Notes: generated from the sequence alone by a model not told the origin. Shown: positions 1 to 12,200, counted from the whole stretch's first letter. The stretch: 63,200 nucleotides of DNA, filler included, from Octopus bimaculoides (GCF_001194135.2; 3 parts of 3 records of this genome joined end to end with filler, not necessarily neighbours in it); one strand, 5' to 3'. Numbers and translations: made by a program.

Positions 1-374
1 TATTTGTTTCCAGAATTTCTCTAGTTCTTCTGCTGTTGGTGCTGAAGTAATGTCTATTTTATTTTTACCCAGTTCTTGGTAGAGTTTTTTGGGGTTGGAT
101 TTGAACTGTTTGTTTTGTTCAAAGAAACGTTGGCGCTTCTCATACCGGCGGATCCTTTGTGCTTTGGCAAGGATGTCTTGCTTTAGTTTTTCTTTTGCCT
201 CAGGTAAGTCTTTTTCTGTAATGCTGTATTTGTACAGTATTTTTGTTTTCTTCTTGTTACTTAGTAGTGTTGATTGTTTACTAATTTCGTTGAGAATCGA
301 TAAATCTTTTCTCTTTTTTTTAATTTTGTTCTGGATGTTATTTATCCACAAAGTCTGTTTGGGTGGTAGAACTC

Positions 375-375
<1 letters not shown>
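1..375 (-). mobile_element. R4/Dong-clade non-LTR retrotransposon fragment (pre-RT region), 5'-truncated, runs off window edge
   Basis: Minus-strand frame has no stops from 378 to 1: GVLPPKQTLWINNIQNKIKKKRKDLSILNE...EKLKQDILAKAQRIRRYEKRQRFFEQNKQFKSNPKKLYQELG...PTAEELEKFWKQI. This resembles the LKQ..A.AQRIRRY / P..E...FW..I region upstream of RT in R4/Dong-type ORFs. It begins directly at a (TAA)n tract. Confidence 0.75.
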
Positions 376-413
<38 letters not shown>

Positions 414-417
414 CGTG

Positions 418-504
<87 letters not shown>

Positions 505-515
505 CATTATTATTA
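376..515. repeat. (ATT)n/(TAA)n microsatellite, slightly interrupted
   Basis: Direct reading; decays into imperfect (GAT)/(GTT) triplets to about 630. Confidence 0.97.
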
Positions 516-746
516 CGACAATGATAATGACGGTGATGTTGTCGTTATTGATCTTTATGACCATGAAGATATTGTGTCTTTTAGTGAAGTTAGAGAGATA
601 GGATAATTATGAAGACGGTTATGATGTTGTTGTAGAAGGTGGCAGCATTACTGTTAAATGTCGACTGTGATATCGTCATAATATTAGAGATAATTAATCC
701 ATTCATACATATGTGTGTGTATGTATAGTTGTATGTATCTGTATGT

Positions 747-958
747 TACTCGTTTACTCGTTTACTTGTTTCAGTCTTTTGACTGCGGCCATGCTGGAGC
801 ACCGCCTTTAGTCGAACAAATCGACCCCGGGACTTATTCTTTGTAAGCCTAGTACTTATTCTATCGGTTTCATTTGCCGAACCGCTAAGTGACGGGGACA
901 TAAATACACCAGCATCGGTTGTTAAGCAATGCTAGGGGGGACAAGCACAGACACACAA

Positions 959-1005
<47 letters not shown>

Positions 1006-1174
1006 TATATACGACGGGCTTCTTTCAGTTTCCGTCTACCAAATCCACTCACAAGGCTTTGGTCGGCCCGAGGCTACAGTAGAAGACACTTGCCCAAGAT
1101 GCCACGCAGTGGGACTGAGCCCGGAACCATGTGGTTGGTAAGCAAGCTACTTACCACACAGCCACTCCTACGCC
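747..1174 (-). mobile_element. tRNA-derived SINE, type A, full length with internal (TA)n/(TG)n
   Basis: Minus strand: A-box-like GGAGTGGCTGTGTGGTAAG, B-box-like GGTTCCGGGCTCAGTCCC, TTGGGCAAGTGTCTTC core, ...GAAAGAAGCCCGTCG-(TA)n, then tail ...GGCCGCAGTCAAAAGACTGAAACAAGTAAACGAGTAAACGAG. Homologous copies at 29276, 34800, 33939, 41568, 58977, 7929 and 10868. Confidence 0.85.
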
Positions 1175-1254
1175 TATCATTTGAATGGAGATAACAAAAA
1201 TAATGTCACATTTTAAACCCAAGAAAAGACTGTGTGCATGTATGTGTGTGTACG

Positions 1255-1285
<31 letters not shown>

Positions 1286-1915
1286 TTATATATGTATGTA
1301 TGTATTTTTTTAGATTCAAGATTGAATATGGTACTTATGCGTAGGCACCAGAATATCGTATGGTATAGTATTATACAAAAACCATTCCAAAAGGATACGT
1401 GATCAAAAAATCAAAATAAGCAACACGGATTTCAAAGATGATTGCAGTACGCACGTTTCATGCTACTCCATTTATTTAAGTAATGCGAGCATTACATTAA
1501 ATGCAATATGAAGAGCAATCTTCAGCTGCACGAAAATGCAGAAAATTACAGTAGAATAGACATATTATAATTGTGGCAACATTTCAAATCCAAGTGGGAG
1601 AAAGAATACATAAAAATCCAAGTGGGAGGAAGAATACATGAATCNNNNNNNNNNNNNNNNNNNNNNNNNNNNNNNNNNNNNNNNNNNNNNNNNNNNNNNN
1701 NNNNNNNNNNNNNNNNNNNNNNNNNNNNNNNNNNNNNNNNNNNNNNNNNNNNNNNNNNNNNNNNNNNNNNNNNNNNNNNNNNNNNNNNNNNNNNNNNNNN
1801 NNNNNNNTTTAACCAATATTTTCACAATAAGAGGTATGTTAATAAAATAAATAAAATGAGATGTAATTATTTTATACAAAAATCATGAAATAATGTCAGT
1901 ATTGAATTCAGGGGC

Positions 1916-2069
1916 TATGTATGTATGTATGTAGGTATGTATGTATGTATGTATGTATGTATGTATGTATGTATGTATGTATGTATTTATATATGTATGT
2001 ATGTATGTATGTAGGTAGGTAGGTAGGTAGGTAGGTAGGTAGGTAGGTAGGTAGGTAGGTAGGTAGGTA
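1916..2069. repeat. Compound (ATGT)n/(AGGT)n tetranucleotide microsatellite
   Basis: Direct reading. Confidence 0.95.
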
Positions 2070-4056
2070 TTGTCTCTTGCAGGCATTAATATCCATATGA
2101 AGTTTCATCAGCGATGGTGGAACCAAGCGTAAGGTGTTTCTTAGAGAAGTGAATTTGGAAAGACGTCATACACGGTCATATATGTATGTATACATGTATG
2201 TATATACGTATGTGTAAACATATGTATGTACGTGTGTATGTATGTATGTCATTATTCAGTTTATTTCATTTCTTGCCAATAGAGAAAGAACCTGTTTCTA
2301 ACCTCGATTCAAGGCACCTTCATTGGAATTTCAACAACATCAACAGGGTATTTTTGTATGTATGTACGTATGCATGCATCTGTGTATCTTTGTATGTATC
2401 TGTGTACTAATATATATATATATATATATATNNNNNNNNNNNNNNNNNNNNNNNNNNNNNNNNNNNNNNNNNNNNNNNNNNNNNNNNNNNNNNNNNNNNN
2501 NNNNNNNNNNNNNNNNNNNNNNNNNNNNNNNNNNNNNNNNNNNNNNNNNNNNNNNNNNNNNNNNNNNNNNNNNNNNNNNNNNNNNNNNNNNNNNNNNNNN
2601 NNNNNNNNNNNNNNNNNNNNNNNNNNNNNNNNNNNNNNNNNNNNNNNNNNNNNNNNNNNNNNNNNNNNNNNNNNNATATATATATATATATACGCATATA
2701 TGTGTGGCCTGTGCATGACTTTAGACTGCATCTCATTGTGGAGCTATGACTTGGGAGTTCCAGAGTTTTGAAGATTGTGGAACCAAATCTTAGCCACTAA
2801 TGTTTCCAGATCTACTCCATCCTGGAGTAGTAGCACCTGTTAGGGTGCCAGCTATGGTTTAATTAGTACGCGAACCAAGGGGAGTGAAGACACCCCAGTT
2901 CTTGTCAGAACTTCCCTCTAGGAGAAGACAAACTCGTATAAAAAACCTTGAGCAACTGGTTTCTGGTCGTCTCAATCTCTGCCGCGGCTATAGTTTTATA
3001 AGTGATTGGGCTAAAAAGTCAGTTCAGTGCTGTGAAACATTTCACCTACGCAATACAGATTCATGCACAAGTAATTTTTTAGTAACCCTTCTTGACTTCC
3101 ATGTAATGTGTGTTTGTATGTATATATGTATGTATGTATATATGTATGTATGTATGTATGTATGTGTGTATGTATGTATGTATGTATGTATGTTTGTGTG
3201 TATGTATGTATGCATGCAAGCGTGCATGTATATATGTATGTACGCATCTATCTATTTATGCTTTGTCAGCCCCTGTACATCGTTGTGTTCTTCTTCTAAT
3301 TACGCATTCAAGCATGCATACATATACACATACGCATGTTCACACAAAATTTTATATATATATATATATCTGCATTATGAATGCTCGCGCGTGCGAGCGT
3401 GTGTAAGCGTGTGGGCGTTTTTGCTTGTCTGTATGCCTGTATTTGTGTGGAGTTATGAAGGCATAGGTGTTCTTTGTGAGCGCGCATGTGTCCCGGTATG
3501 TTTATAGATATACCAATCTGGAAACGAGACGTAAGCACATTAATAAACTGAATAGTATTGTTAGAAAATACCCATTCTTGCTTAAATATTTTACCGTTTG
3601 CTAAGACTAAACAAGGTCCAAAATTTCTAAAGATTAATTCTAAAGGTTAATTCTTTGTCAACATGAGACTGGATGACATTCGGAACAATTCTTAGAGTCA
3701 GCAACTGAAAAGTTAAGAATAGATTTGACAACATGGCTAACACTGTTGTGTGTGGAATCTGTCCATTATCCTGAAATTAAAATAATGGAATTTTCATGTA
3801 ATTTCCCCGTTCGCACAACACATTCGCGTACTATAATCTCATATACATAGACATGAACTTTCTTTGTTTTAGCTCAGCCAGCGAAGTTCTCAATACATCT
3901 ACTTTAATTTAAAGCACTTAAAGCCTGAACAGAAATAATTGCTCAGCACATTTTGTTTTAATTAGAAACTATAGCGTAAGGGTTTCATTTCAAATTATAC
4001 GTAAATGAAATATAGAACAATGCATTCGGATATATGTGTGTGACTATATCTGTGTG

Positions 4057-4108
<52 letters not shown>

Positions 4109-4447
4109 TGTGTGTGCATATGTGTGTGTATGCATGCATATATGTATGTATGGAGGTTTGCACACAGTTATCAGTACATGCATACGATATTTTTAGGTCA
4201 ACATTCAATTACATTGTTTCTTTTGTTTACGCAACGAAGTTGTTTGAGAAAGAAAGACAATGGTTCTAGTTTCAAGGTGATGTCTTCCAACACGTCGCTG
4301 TTGAATGTGTACAAATGCATTAGCATACATTACCATACATTTCCATACTTTTGCTCTGACCAAAAACATATGGCACAGGAACGAACACAAATTGAAAGAA
4401 TAATCAATTGCTGATTATACACCTTAAATTTTCAAGTGATATAAAAT

Positions 4448-4716
4448 TGTACTAAATGAGAGGCGCAGAGAGCTAATAATGCCAACCAACCTCTCCGAAG
4501 CATCGTCAGTTCGTACTCGCTTAACGCCCTGCTTTTTCTTCTTAGGTATGTCTCACACACTCTTCGTTCTTTCTGTAAGCGTATTGGGTTACATGAGATT
4601 TGCACTGGTAACATACAATTCCGTACAGTTTGTTACATGTTCGGTTCGTTGGCGAATAAAGTAGTACGCCATCATTCTAGTCTAACGAGGAGTGTTACTA
4701 AAAAGTCAGTACAACA
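4448..4716 (+). mobile_element. LTR-like unit (about 266-269 bp)
   Basis: Starts TGTACT (4448) and has the inverse AGTACA at 4708-4713 (ends ...ACAACA at 4716). AATAAA at about 4655 near the 3' end. No second copy, PBS or TSD seen in the window. Confidence 0.35.
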
Positions 4717-4921
4717 AAACCACATCAACCAAAACATCGAATGAACCAGCCAGAGTCAACAACTAACCAGCATTTATATTCAAGGACGGGGAAGCACGTG
4801 AGTTGGTGACCGAGCTTGCAGTAAAATCAGAGAGAGTGCTGGATTACTGTTGCTAGTTTGAACAGCCATCCAGGAGATAGAAAATTCGACATTCAAACAT
4901 CCACTGTCTCTCAGATGATAT

Positions 4922-5470
4922 ATGAATGCCTAATGTCCAACAAATGAGCGAATGGTCTGACTGTCATATAAATACCTGAAACAGCAGAAGACTGAGGCAT
5001 GCAACCTTGGTAGAAATATCGATGTTGTACCCTGCAGGCGGTTTCTTAACTCTACCGAGTACCCGGCAGCTCCTTCATCCAAATATCCTGATTCCTACAT
5101 GTGTCTTTACCATGTCTTACCGCTGGAAGTTGATAAATCGGGATGCGAAAATGTGGATAAAATTGCACTGGCCTACAAATTTAAAAGTAACTTAAGCGCT
5201 TATGATGAATTTGATCCTAACTAGCGTAAGCTTCTTTGCACCACAAAAAATTGGTAGACCTTTCGTAGCGGTCTGGCATCACGCTTGTCAGCAGCAATGG
5301 CGCACCAGCACTTACGTAGTTTCCCCACTTGGGAGAACATACAGAAAATGTATCAAATACTGAAGCACTCGCAATTCATTACTCCCTGCAGAGAAGGGTC
5401 GCTCATAACAAAAATTAAGTTATGGGTCCTTGATCAACAATGCATCAATGAATTATTTCTAAACAGCTAG
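4922..5470 (+). pseudogene. Decayed ORF1 of unassigned element (183 codons, 4 internal stops, no frameshift)
   Basis: MNA*CPTNERMV*LSYKYLKQQKTEACNLGRNIDVVPCRRFLNSTEYPAAPSSKYPDSYMCLYHVLPLEVDKSGCENVDKIALAYKFKSNLSAYDEFDPN*RKLLCTTKNW*TFRSGLASRLSAAMAHQHLRSFPTWENIQKMYQILKHSQFITPCREG...ELFLNS*. All four stops are single transitions from CAA/TGG/CAG-type codons. No family recognised. Confidence 0.6.
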
Positions 5471-5474
5471 TCTC

Positions 5475-6332
5475 ATGCAAATAAACATTCCAGATAGTGA
5501 GGAATATTATTAAGTAGATGATAGTCTTCCTGATACGAGAAAACCTTTACCTAAGTCAATCAAATTTTCTTACTGATACAGGTTCACGCATGACACAAAG
5601 GTCGCAGGTCACACCAAGCTGTTTTTGTTCTCCAATCACGGTTACATTAGTTCCATTAAACCTAACATTTTTACCTCACTCACCCAACTTTCAACCAATT
5701 TGCCGGAGGTGGACATTTCCCTATCCACCTCTATTTGCCTTTCGGAGCCGTGAGCCCCTGACGACTTGTCCGGACTTATCTATGCTCCTGCCATCGCTTT
5801 CTATTCGGTTAGGTTGAGACTACTTCCACTTACTTGGTCTCTGAAATACAGCAACTTCATCCGCTCACACCGAACAGCTCTCGTGAACCTTAGCTCAAAA
5901 TGGATGCCCCTACCGAGTGCTATCTTCCAGAGCAGTAGCTCGAGAGTCAATACGTATAGAAGAGACCTCTGTGGATACTTCTGACGAAGCTTACGAAATG
6001 TCAAGGTTGCAAGAGGTACTCATGTCATCACACATGGTTGTTCAACAATCTCCCATGATGTGTCTATAACCTTCATGTTTTTAAAGAACCAGACTTGCTG
6101 ATTGTTGAACATTATGCCGAGTACCATTCAATATGCATACATTTCTGAAATTCTTTCTTTGAATCAGTGGTCATGTTTTAAACCGTGGTGTATCTCGATT
6201 TCTTCCACATCTCAAAAACAGTTTTCTCAAAATCCAGAACACGTCTTTGTCAACATAGAGTATATTACCGATTACGTTGATGTCGTTGCGAAGTGGAATA
6301 ATAATAAAAAAGATCTTGGTGAGTTGCGATAA
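5475..6332 (+). pseudogene. Decayed ORF2 of unassigned element (286 codons, 5 internal stops, no frameshift)
   Basis: MQINIPDSEEYY*VDDSLPDTRKPLPKSIKFSY*YRFTHDTKVAGHTKLFLFSNHGYISSIKPNIF...DYVDVVAKWNNNKKDLGELR*. Track ORFs 5766-5984 and 6102-6332 are in this same frame. Starts 4 nt after the ORF1 stop. Confidence 0.65.
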
Positions 6333-6652
6333 GCGTATTAAAAGAAAGCATAAGCATACACAAAGGCATATATATATTCATAAATAAATACACACATACT
6401 TATGTTTTATATTTACATACATATTCATACAGATATAAGCATATATGCAAGCATGCGCAGATATACGAGTAGAAATACTGACAACTGCACATATAAATGC
6501 TACTTTCGGTTATAAAACGGTGAACGAACATTGTTCACTTATCTTATGCACCGGAGAGAATGAAACACATTATGACGTCAGACAACCAAGCAACGACAGT
6601 TTCCTTGACTACAAACAATCACAATCACAACACAAACAATCAGAGATACGAG

Positions 6653-6657
6653 TATAT

Positions 6658-6703
<46 letters not shown>

Positions 6704-7183
6704 TGTATATATATATATATATATATACAATGTATGTATGTATATATATTATACTCATATATATACCTATGCATACCTGTACATACATATATGTATATGT
6801 AAGTACGCACACACATATATGTATATATANNNNNNNNNNNNNNNNNNNNNNNNNNNNNNNNNNNNNNNNNNNNNNNNNNNNNNNNNNNNNNNNNNNNNNN
6901 NNNNNNNNNNNNNNNNNNNNNNNNNNNNNNNNNNNNNNNNNNNNNNNNNNNNNNNNNNNNNNNNNNNNNNNNNNNNNNNNNNNNNNNNNNNNNNNNNNNN
7001 NNNNNNNNNNNNNNNNNNNNNNNNNNNNNNNNNNNNNNNNNNNNNNNNNNNNNNNNNNNTATACATATATACATATATGTGTGTGCGTACTTACATATAC
7101 ATATATGTATGTACAGGTATGCATAGGTATATATATGAGTATAATATATATACATACATACATTGTATATATATATATATACA

Positions 7184-7228
<45 letters not shown>

Positions 7229-7239
7229 ATTGACATATA
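6653..7239. repeat. About 175-bp near-perfect inverted repeat flanking a 230-N gap
   Basis: 6653-6829 (TATATGTCAATG(TG)n...ACCTATGCATACCTGTACATAC...GTAAGTACGCACACAC) is the reverse complement of 7060-7239, apart from microsatellite length differences. Confidence 0.9.
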
Positions 7240-7324
7240 TACACACCTATACATACATTATATATATATATATATATATATACATATCTATACACACCTA
7301 TACATACATTATATATATATATAC

Positions 7325-7355
<31 letters not shown>

Positions 7356-7625
7356 TACATAAAGTTTTCAGCAAATGTCTTTTCCTTATTTCTTTCTGTC
7401 GTTTTTCGTTTTTCGTTAATAAATGATCTTTGTTAACTTACGCGTGTAAACATTGGCTTTAGTAGAATAGTTTCAAAAACACTACGAACTTCGAATCAAA
7501 AAATAAATGATGAATATGAGCGATAAGAAATTGATAAATACATTTTTTATTTGTGTTTTGGCTTCTTTTGTTTAGTTGTTAGTCTCATTTTTTATTCTTT
7601 TATTTCTTTGAACATTTTCCGATAA

Positions 7626-7907
<282 letters not shown>

Positions 7908-7928
7908 TAAAGAAAACATTTTCGTAAC

Positions 7929-8040
7929 GATTCAGGAGTTGTCATTGGGTTAAGAAGTTCACGCCACAAACATGTAGTCCTAGGAGAATGTCTTCTCCAC
8001 GGGTTTAAGCCAATAACTTGTGAGTGGAATCCGGTAGACG
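7929..8040 (+). mobile_element. Degenerate SINE type A head fragment
   Basis: AGGAGTTGTCATTGGGTTAAGAAG...GTCTTCTCCAC...CTTGTGAGTGGAATCCGGTAGACG followed by (TA)-rich DNA. Confidence 0.55.
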
Positions 8041-8318
8041 TAAGTTATATACATATATATAAGTATATATATATATATACGCTGATGAGTTGCAGATATT
8101 TGCATTTTGCATTTTGCATTGTGCAAGTGTTGACAATAAAATCATGATACGTAGATAATCGTTTCATTTTGTATATTTTCTTTTGTCTTGCTCGTTCTTG
8201 CATTCTAGCGTTTTTGCTGAAATTTTTCTTGAGAACACACTCTTCGTGGTAAGGCGATTTGACATCTATCTTTAGCATATTAGGAATACACTTTAGTGGT
8301 CATTCCTCTTATTAATTG

Positions 8319-8363
<45 letters not shown>

Positions 8364-8510
8364 NNNNNNNNNNNNNNNNNNNNNNNNNNNNNNNNNNNNN
8401 NNNNNNNNNNNNNNNNNNNNNNNNNNNNNNNNNNNNNNNNNNNNNNNNNNNNNNNNNNNNNNNNNNNNNNNNNNNNNNNNNNNNNNNNNNNNNNNNNNNG
8501 AGGGAATGTG

Positions 8511-8554
<44 letters not shown>

Positions 8555-8776
8555 TGTGTGTGTGTGCGCGTGCTTATACCTATGCATATGTATATAGAGA
8601 TTTTCTGCAGCTGCCGTCACACATCTGGTTATTCGAATTGCAGGTTGTCGATCGTCAGTCTTGGGGATTTTGTGAGCATATGCTTGCATGTCTTTGTCTC
8701 TGTTAGTAGTTGCGTTTACCGATATAAAATTGTGTGTCGAGTCGTGTCCCTTCATGTCAAGGTATAACTTAGTAAT

Positions 8777-8845
8777 TCGATGATCTAAATTGAACTTATT
8801 CGGTGAACTAAATTGAACTAAATCGGTGAACTAAATTGAAACAAC
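8777..8845. repeat. 23-bp tandem repeat x3 (TCGGTGAACTAAATTGAACTAAA)
   Basis: Units at 8777, 8800 and 8823. Confidence 0.85.
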
Positions 8846-10621
8846 TAAATAAGTAGTGAGCTTGTTATGGACCTACTGAAACCCTCGAAGACAATTAAAT
8901 TGAAAATAATATAAAAAAGAAAGAGCAACACAAAAATATTATGTTTATTGATTCTGTACCGATTTATGTGTTTGTTTGTAGAAAAGAAGAGTTATTAAAA
9001 TAACTGTGTTTGTTGCCAGTGATCTAACTATACAAATGACATTCCAAGTGAAACCATTCCATGTTTCCGACAAACTGTATTTAAGAATATATTATCCAAT
9101 GTTTCATTACTTTTTAAGATGGCTGATTGTAGACAGTGAGGGATATTTGATTGCTATTTATAGGATGTAGTAACACTGCATAGATTTTCTTACTTGTGTC
9201 ACAAATGTTTGTTCCTACGCAAACGAAATTGACACGTGACCACCAATATAAATGGAAGTGGAGCCAATAACTACAGTACAGCAATCAATGCTTACTGAAA
9301 TCTCACTGTGTTTGTTTAATATTGTCTGTGTCGACTTTTTCTTGAAATACTATTGTTATAACATCAGAACTGATTGATAACAGACTGAGGAATAAAAACA
9401 TGAAAGAAATCTAACTGTTCAGGCTTTGCCGGAAGTTGTTCTTACAAGTTAAAAATGTTACATCAACTGGAAATCATACAGAATCTGAGACTTATGAGAG
9501 CGAAAGGGTGAAAGGGTGAGAGATTGAGACAAGGAATAAGAAGAAAGAGAAGTTAAGAAACAGATATGGTGAGAGATGCCGATGAGGATTGAGAGATGTA
9601 AAGGGAGTACAAGGATTAGTGAGTGAGTGAGTGAGTAAGAAAGAGAGAGAGAGAGGGTTTGTTTTCGAGGTTTTCTTCTTTTAGAACAACCAGAGATCTC
9701 CTGATCAAAGACTGCTTTAACATAATTCAAACACGAAGCTGTAAACTACGAAAACAGTCAGTTGTTTAACATCTAAAGGGGAAGGAAACGCTAAGTACTC
9801 GAGACAACTGATACCTCTGGTTCTAAATTTCTTATTTTCTTCTTTTTCTTTTACAATATTGCATCAGAAGAAAATTCTATTTTAACTTCACGGACATAAC
9901 TGCACTTAAAAGACTGTCTGGAAGGAACGAGCAGTAAATTTGTACAATTTAATCCAAAGGCTGAATTTTCGGTGCTAAGGAAAAGAATATATAGCAATAT
10001 TTAAATCCAGTTTGAGTGAATCGCTTCAATTCAGTTTATTATGCTTCCTAGGATATTGATTAAAAGAGAGTCAAACAGATAGGCAGACAGGCCATGAAAC
10101 AGGTCAGTAGAAAGAAAGGCAACGAGGTCGAAAACAGAAAATTGTAACGCATTGCTTCGCTAAATTCGACATCAAACACGATTTTATATCTACCAAAGTC
10201 TTCATTAATACGTTTATCCCAGGACAGTACCAATTCACATTTTTTCTTTTTTTTTTTAAATTTTGGTTAGGTCTGAAAAAAAAGAGACATTGACAGAGGC
10301 TCTCCGTGTGAGACTGATGTCCTTAAAGTTCCGTAAAAACATGTTGAAAACTGCAGGAAAGCGTGTGAAGTACAGACAGCTGATTTTCTAGGAAGGACTG
10401 TATATTTGTTAGTGCAATTGTTGATTTGAGCTAGACACACTTTGTGCTTGATTCCTGAACACCATTTTACGTTGCCTTGGCCTATACAGCTGAAATAAAT
10501 ACCAGCTGTGTGCTGGGGTGCTTCCCTCTCCCTCTCTAAGCTCCCCACTCTCTCACGCTTTCGCTCTCTTTCTCTCTCTTTTTCTCTCTCACTTTCTCTC
10601 TCTTAGCTATCGGTCTTTTTG

Positions 10622-10653
<32 letters not shown>

Positions 10654-10867
10654 TTCTCTCTTTCACTCACTCACTCACTCTCTCGTACTCACACAAACAC
10701 ATATTCTAAATGTGTCACGCTTAATCAAAAGTTGATTGGCTCGAGAAAATATTTATTTGCTCGCGGCTATAGGTGCACTCAATACATACTTATTGAAAGC
10801 ATAGCAGATACATGCACCTGCAGTACAACAAAGAATAGTAGGCACAAACACACACACACATACCTAT

Positions 10868-10921
10868 ATATTCTTTTATATGTTTCAGTCATTTGACTGC
10901 GGCCATGCTGGATCGATATTT

Positions 10922-10979
<58 letters not shown>

Positions 10980-10980
10980 G

Positions 10981-11040
<60 letters not shown>

Positions 11041-11041
11041 T
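10868..11041 (-). mobile_element. SINE type A 3' tail fragment abutting (ATAG)n
   Basis: TGTTTCAGTCATTTGACTGCGGCCATGCTGGA matches the type A tail; (ATAG)n runs 10920-11041. Confidence 0.7.
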
Positions 11042-11114
11042 ACTAAGCTAGAAGGAGACACTAAAAGTAAGAGTATCACGTTCATATTTTCTATTCATTA
11101 TTATTATTGTTATT

Positions 11115-11320
11115 TTCGCGTCGACCCGGCAGAATCATTTGCGCGTCGAGAAAAACGCTTAGCAGGATTTCTTCCGACTCGAAGTCCCGAGTTGAAATTA
11201 CTCCGTAGTCGATTTTGTCTTTCATTCTTTCGGGTCGATAAATTAAGTGCGCGTCAAAGACCAGTTGAGACGATGCAATCGACTCAACCTCTTCTCTTTT
11301 TGCGCCAAAATTTGAAACTG
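11115..11320 (+). mobile_element. Diverged SINE type B
   Basis: GGCAGAATCATT...AACGCTTAGCAGGATTTC...GAGTTGAAATTAC...TTTCATTCTTTCGGGTCGATAAATTAAGT aligns to the 43444 copy. Confidence 0.6.
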
Positions 11321-11984
11321 TTATTATAAATGATATTAGATTTAATAGCAAGCAGGGCATTTCGTTTGTCTTTTGCCTATTTATACTGGTCTGTTTAAAC
11401 TTTGAAGAGCACTTGTAACAAAGTTTTTGTTGTTGTTTTTTTCCTTTACTTTTCAACTTTACAAGATTCTAACTTCAAAAACTTAGGAAAACAACCAAAT
11501 GCAGGTACATAAATAATCTGAGTAGAGAAGTTATAGGTTTTGTTGTAGTTGACCATAAATGTATTGTTTTTCACTAATTTGAAATGAGATGTTTATATCA
11601 GCCGGACACCTGTCATCCTCAAAAGTCAATAATTTTTGTTTTCTGTTTTAAGATCTTAAGACTTTTCTCCACATTTGTTCGGAAAGTTCCACAGAAACAT
11701 TCTACCAATATCACCTGTTTTGAAACCTGCGAATATTCTCAATGTCAGAAATATTTATTAGATTTACCCAAAACAGTCTTTCATACAGATGACATTGTAT
11801 ATTGTTTTAGTAACAATATTATACCGTGTAAAAACTAAATAACTTGATGACGTTTTCGAGCAGTCGCTGATCCTACGTACACTGTCTTTCACAGATACGA
11901 GGCATAATCTTCATTTTCAGACTCATTTTGAGGTCTAAAGACTTGATAATCACATTTTCTTCGATAAGTATTTTATTGCTATCT

Positions 11985-12200
11985 CTTGTAATTATTAGAG
12001 CGTTGCCTACACGTTCGTCAGATCGTGGCTTCGATTCCCGGACTGGGTGGTAAATTTTGGGCTTATGCAAAACCCCTCATTTCACGGTGATCTAGTCTAC
12101 GAGTTGTAAACGAGTAGCTCAGTGATGGATTGCCGTCCGGTTCAAATGTGATGCGATCTTGATCACTTATACGGTGGAAACCGGGTAACCCACCCTACGA
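11985..12200 (+). mobile_element. Degenerate tRNA-headed SINE with CORE-like middle
   Basis: B-box-like GGCTTCGATTCCCGGACTGGG followed by GCAAAACCCCTCATTTCACGGTG...GTAAACGAGTA. Confidence 0.45.

Noticed and set aside
2740-2875. Segment resembling a common interspersed repeat (GTAGTAGCACCTGTTAGGGTGCCAGCTATGG)
   Set aside because: Only recalled similarity, with no second copy in the window to support a call.
4743-4925. Upstream ORF0 as a separate pseudogene
   Set aside because: Three stops in about 60 codons is near random expectation; kept only as context because of the ATGA overlap.
8777-8845. CRISPR-like or regulatory array
   Set aside because: Three abutting 23-bp units with no spacers; eukaryotic context and no cas genes. 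No CRISPR array anywhere in the window.
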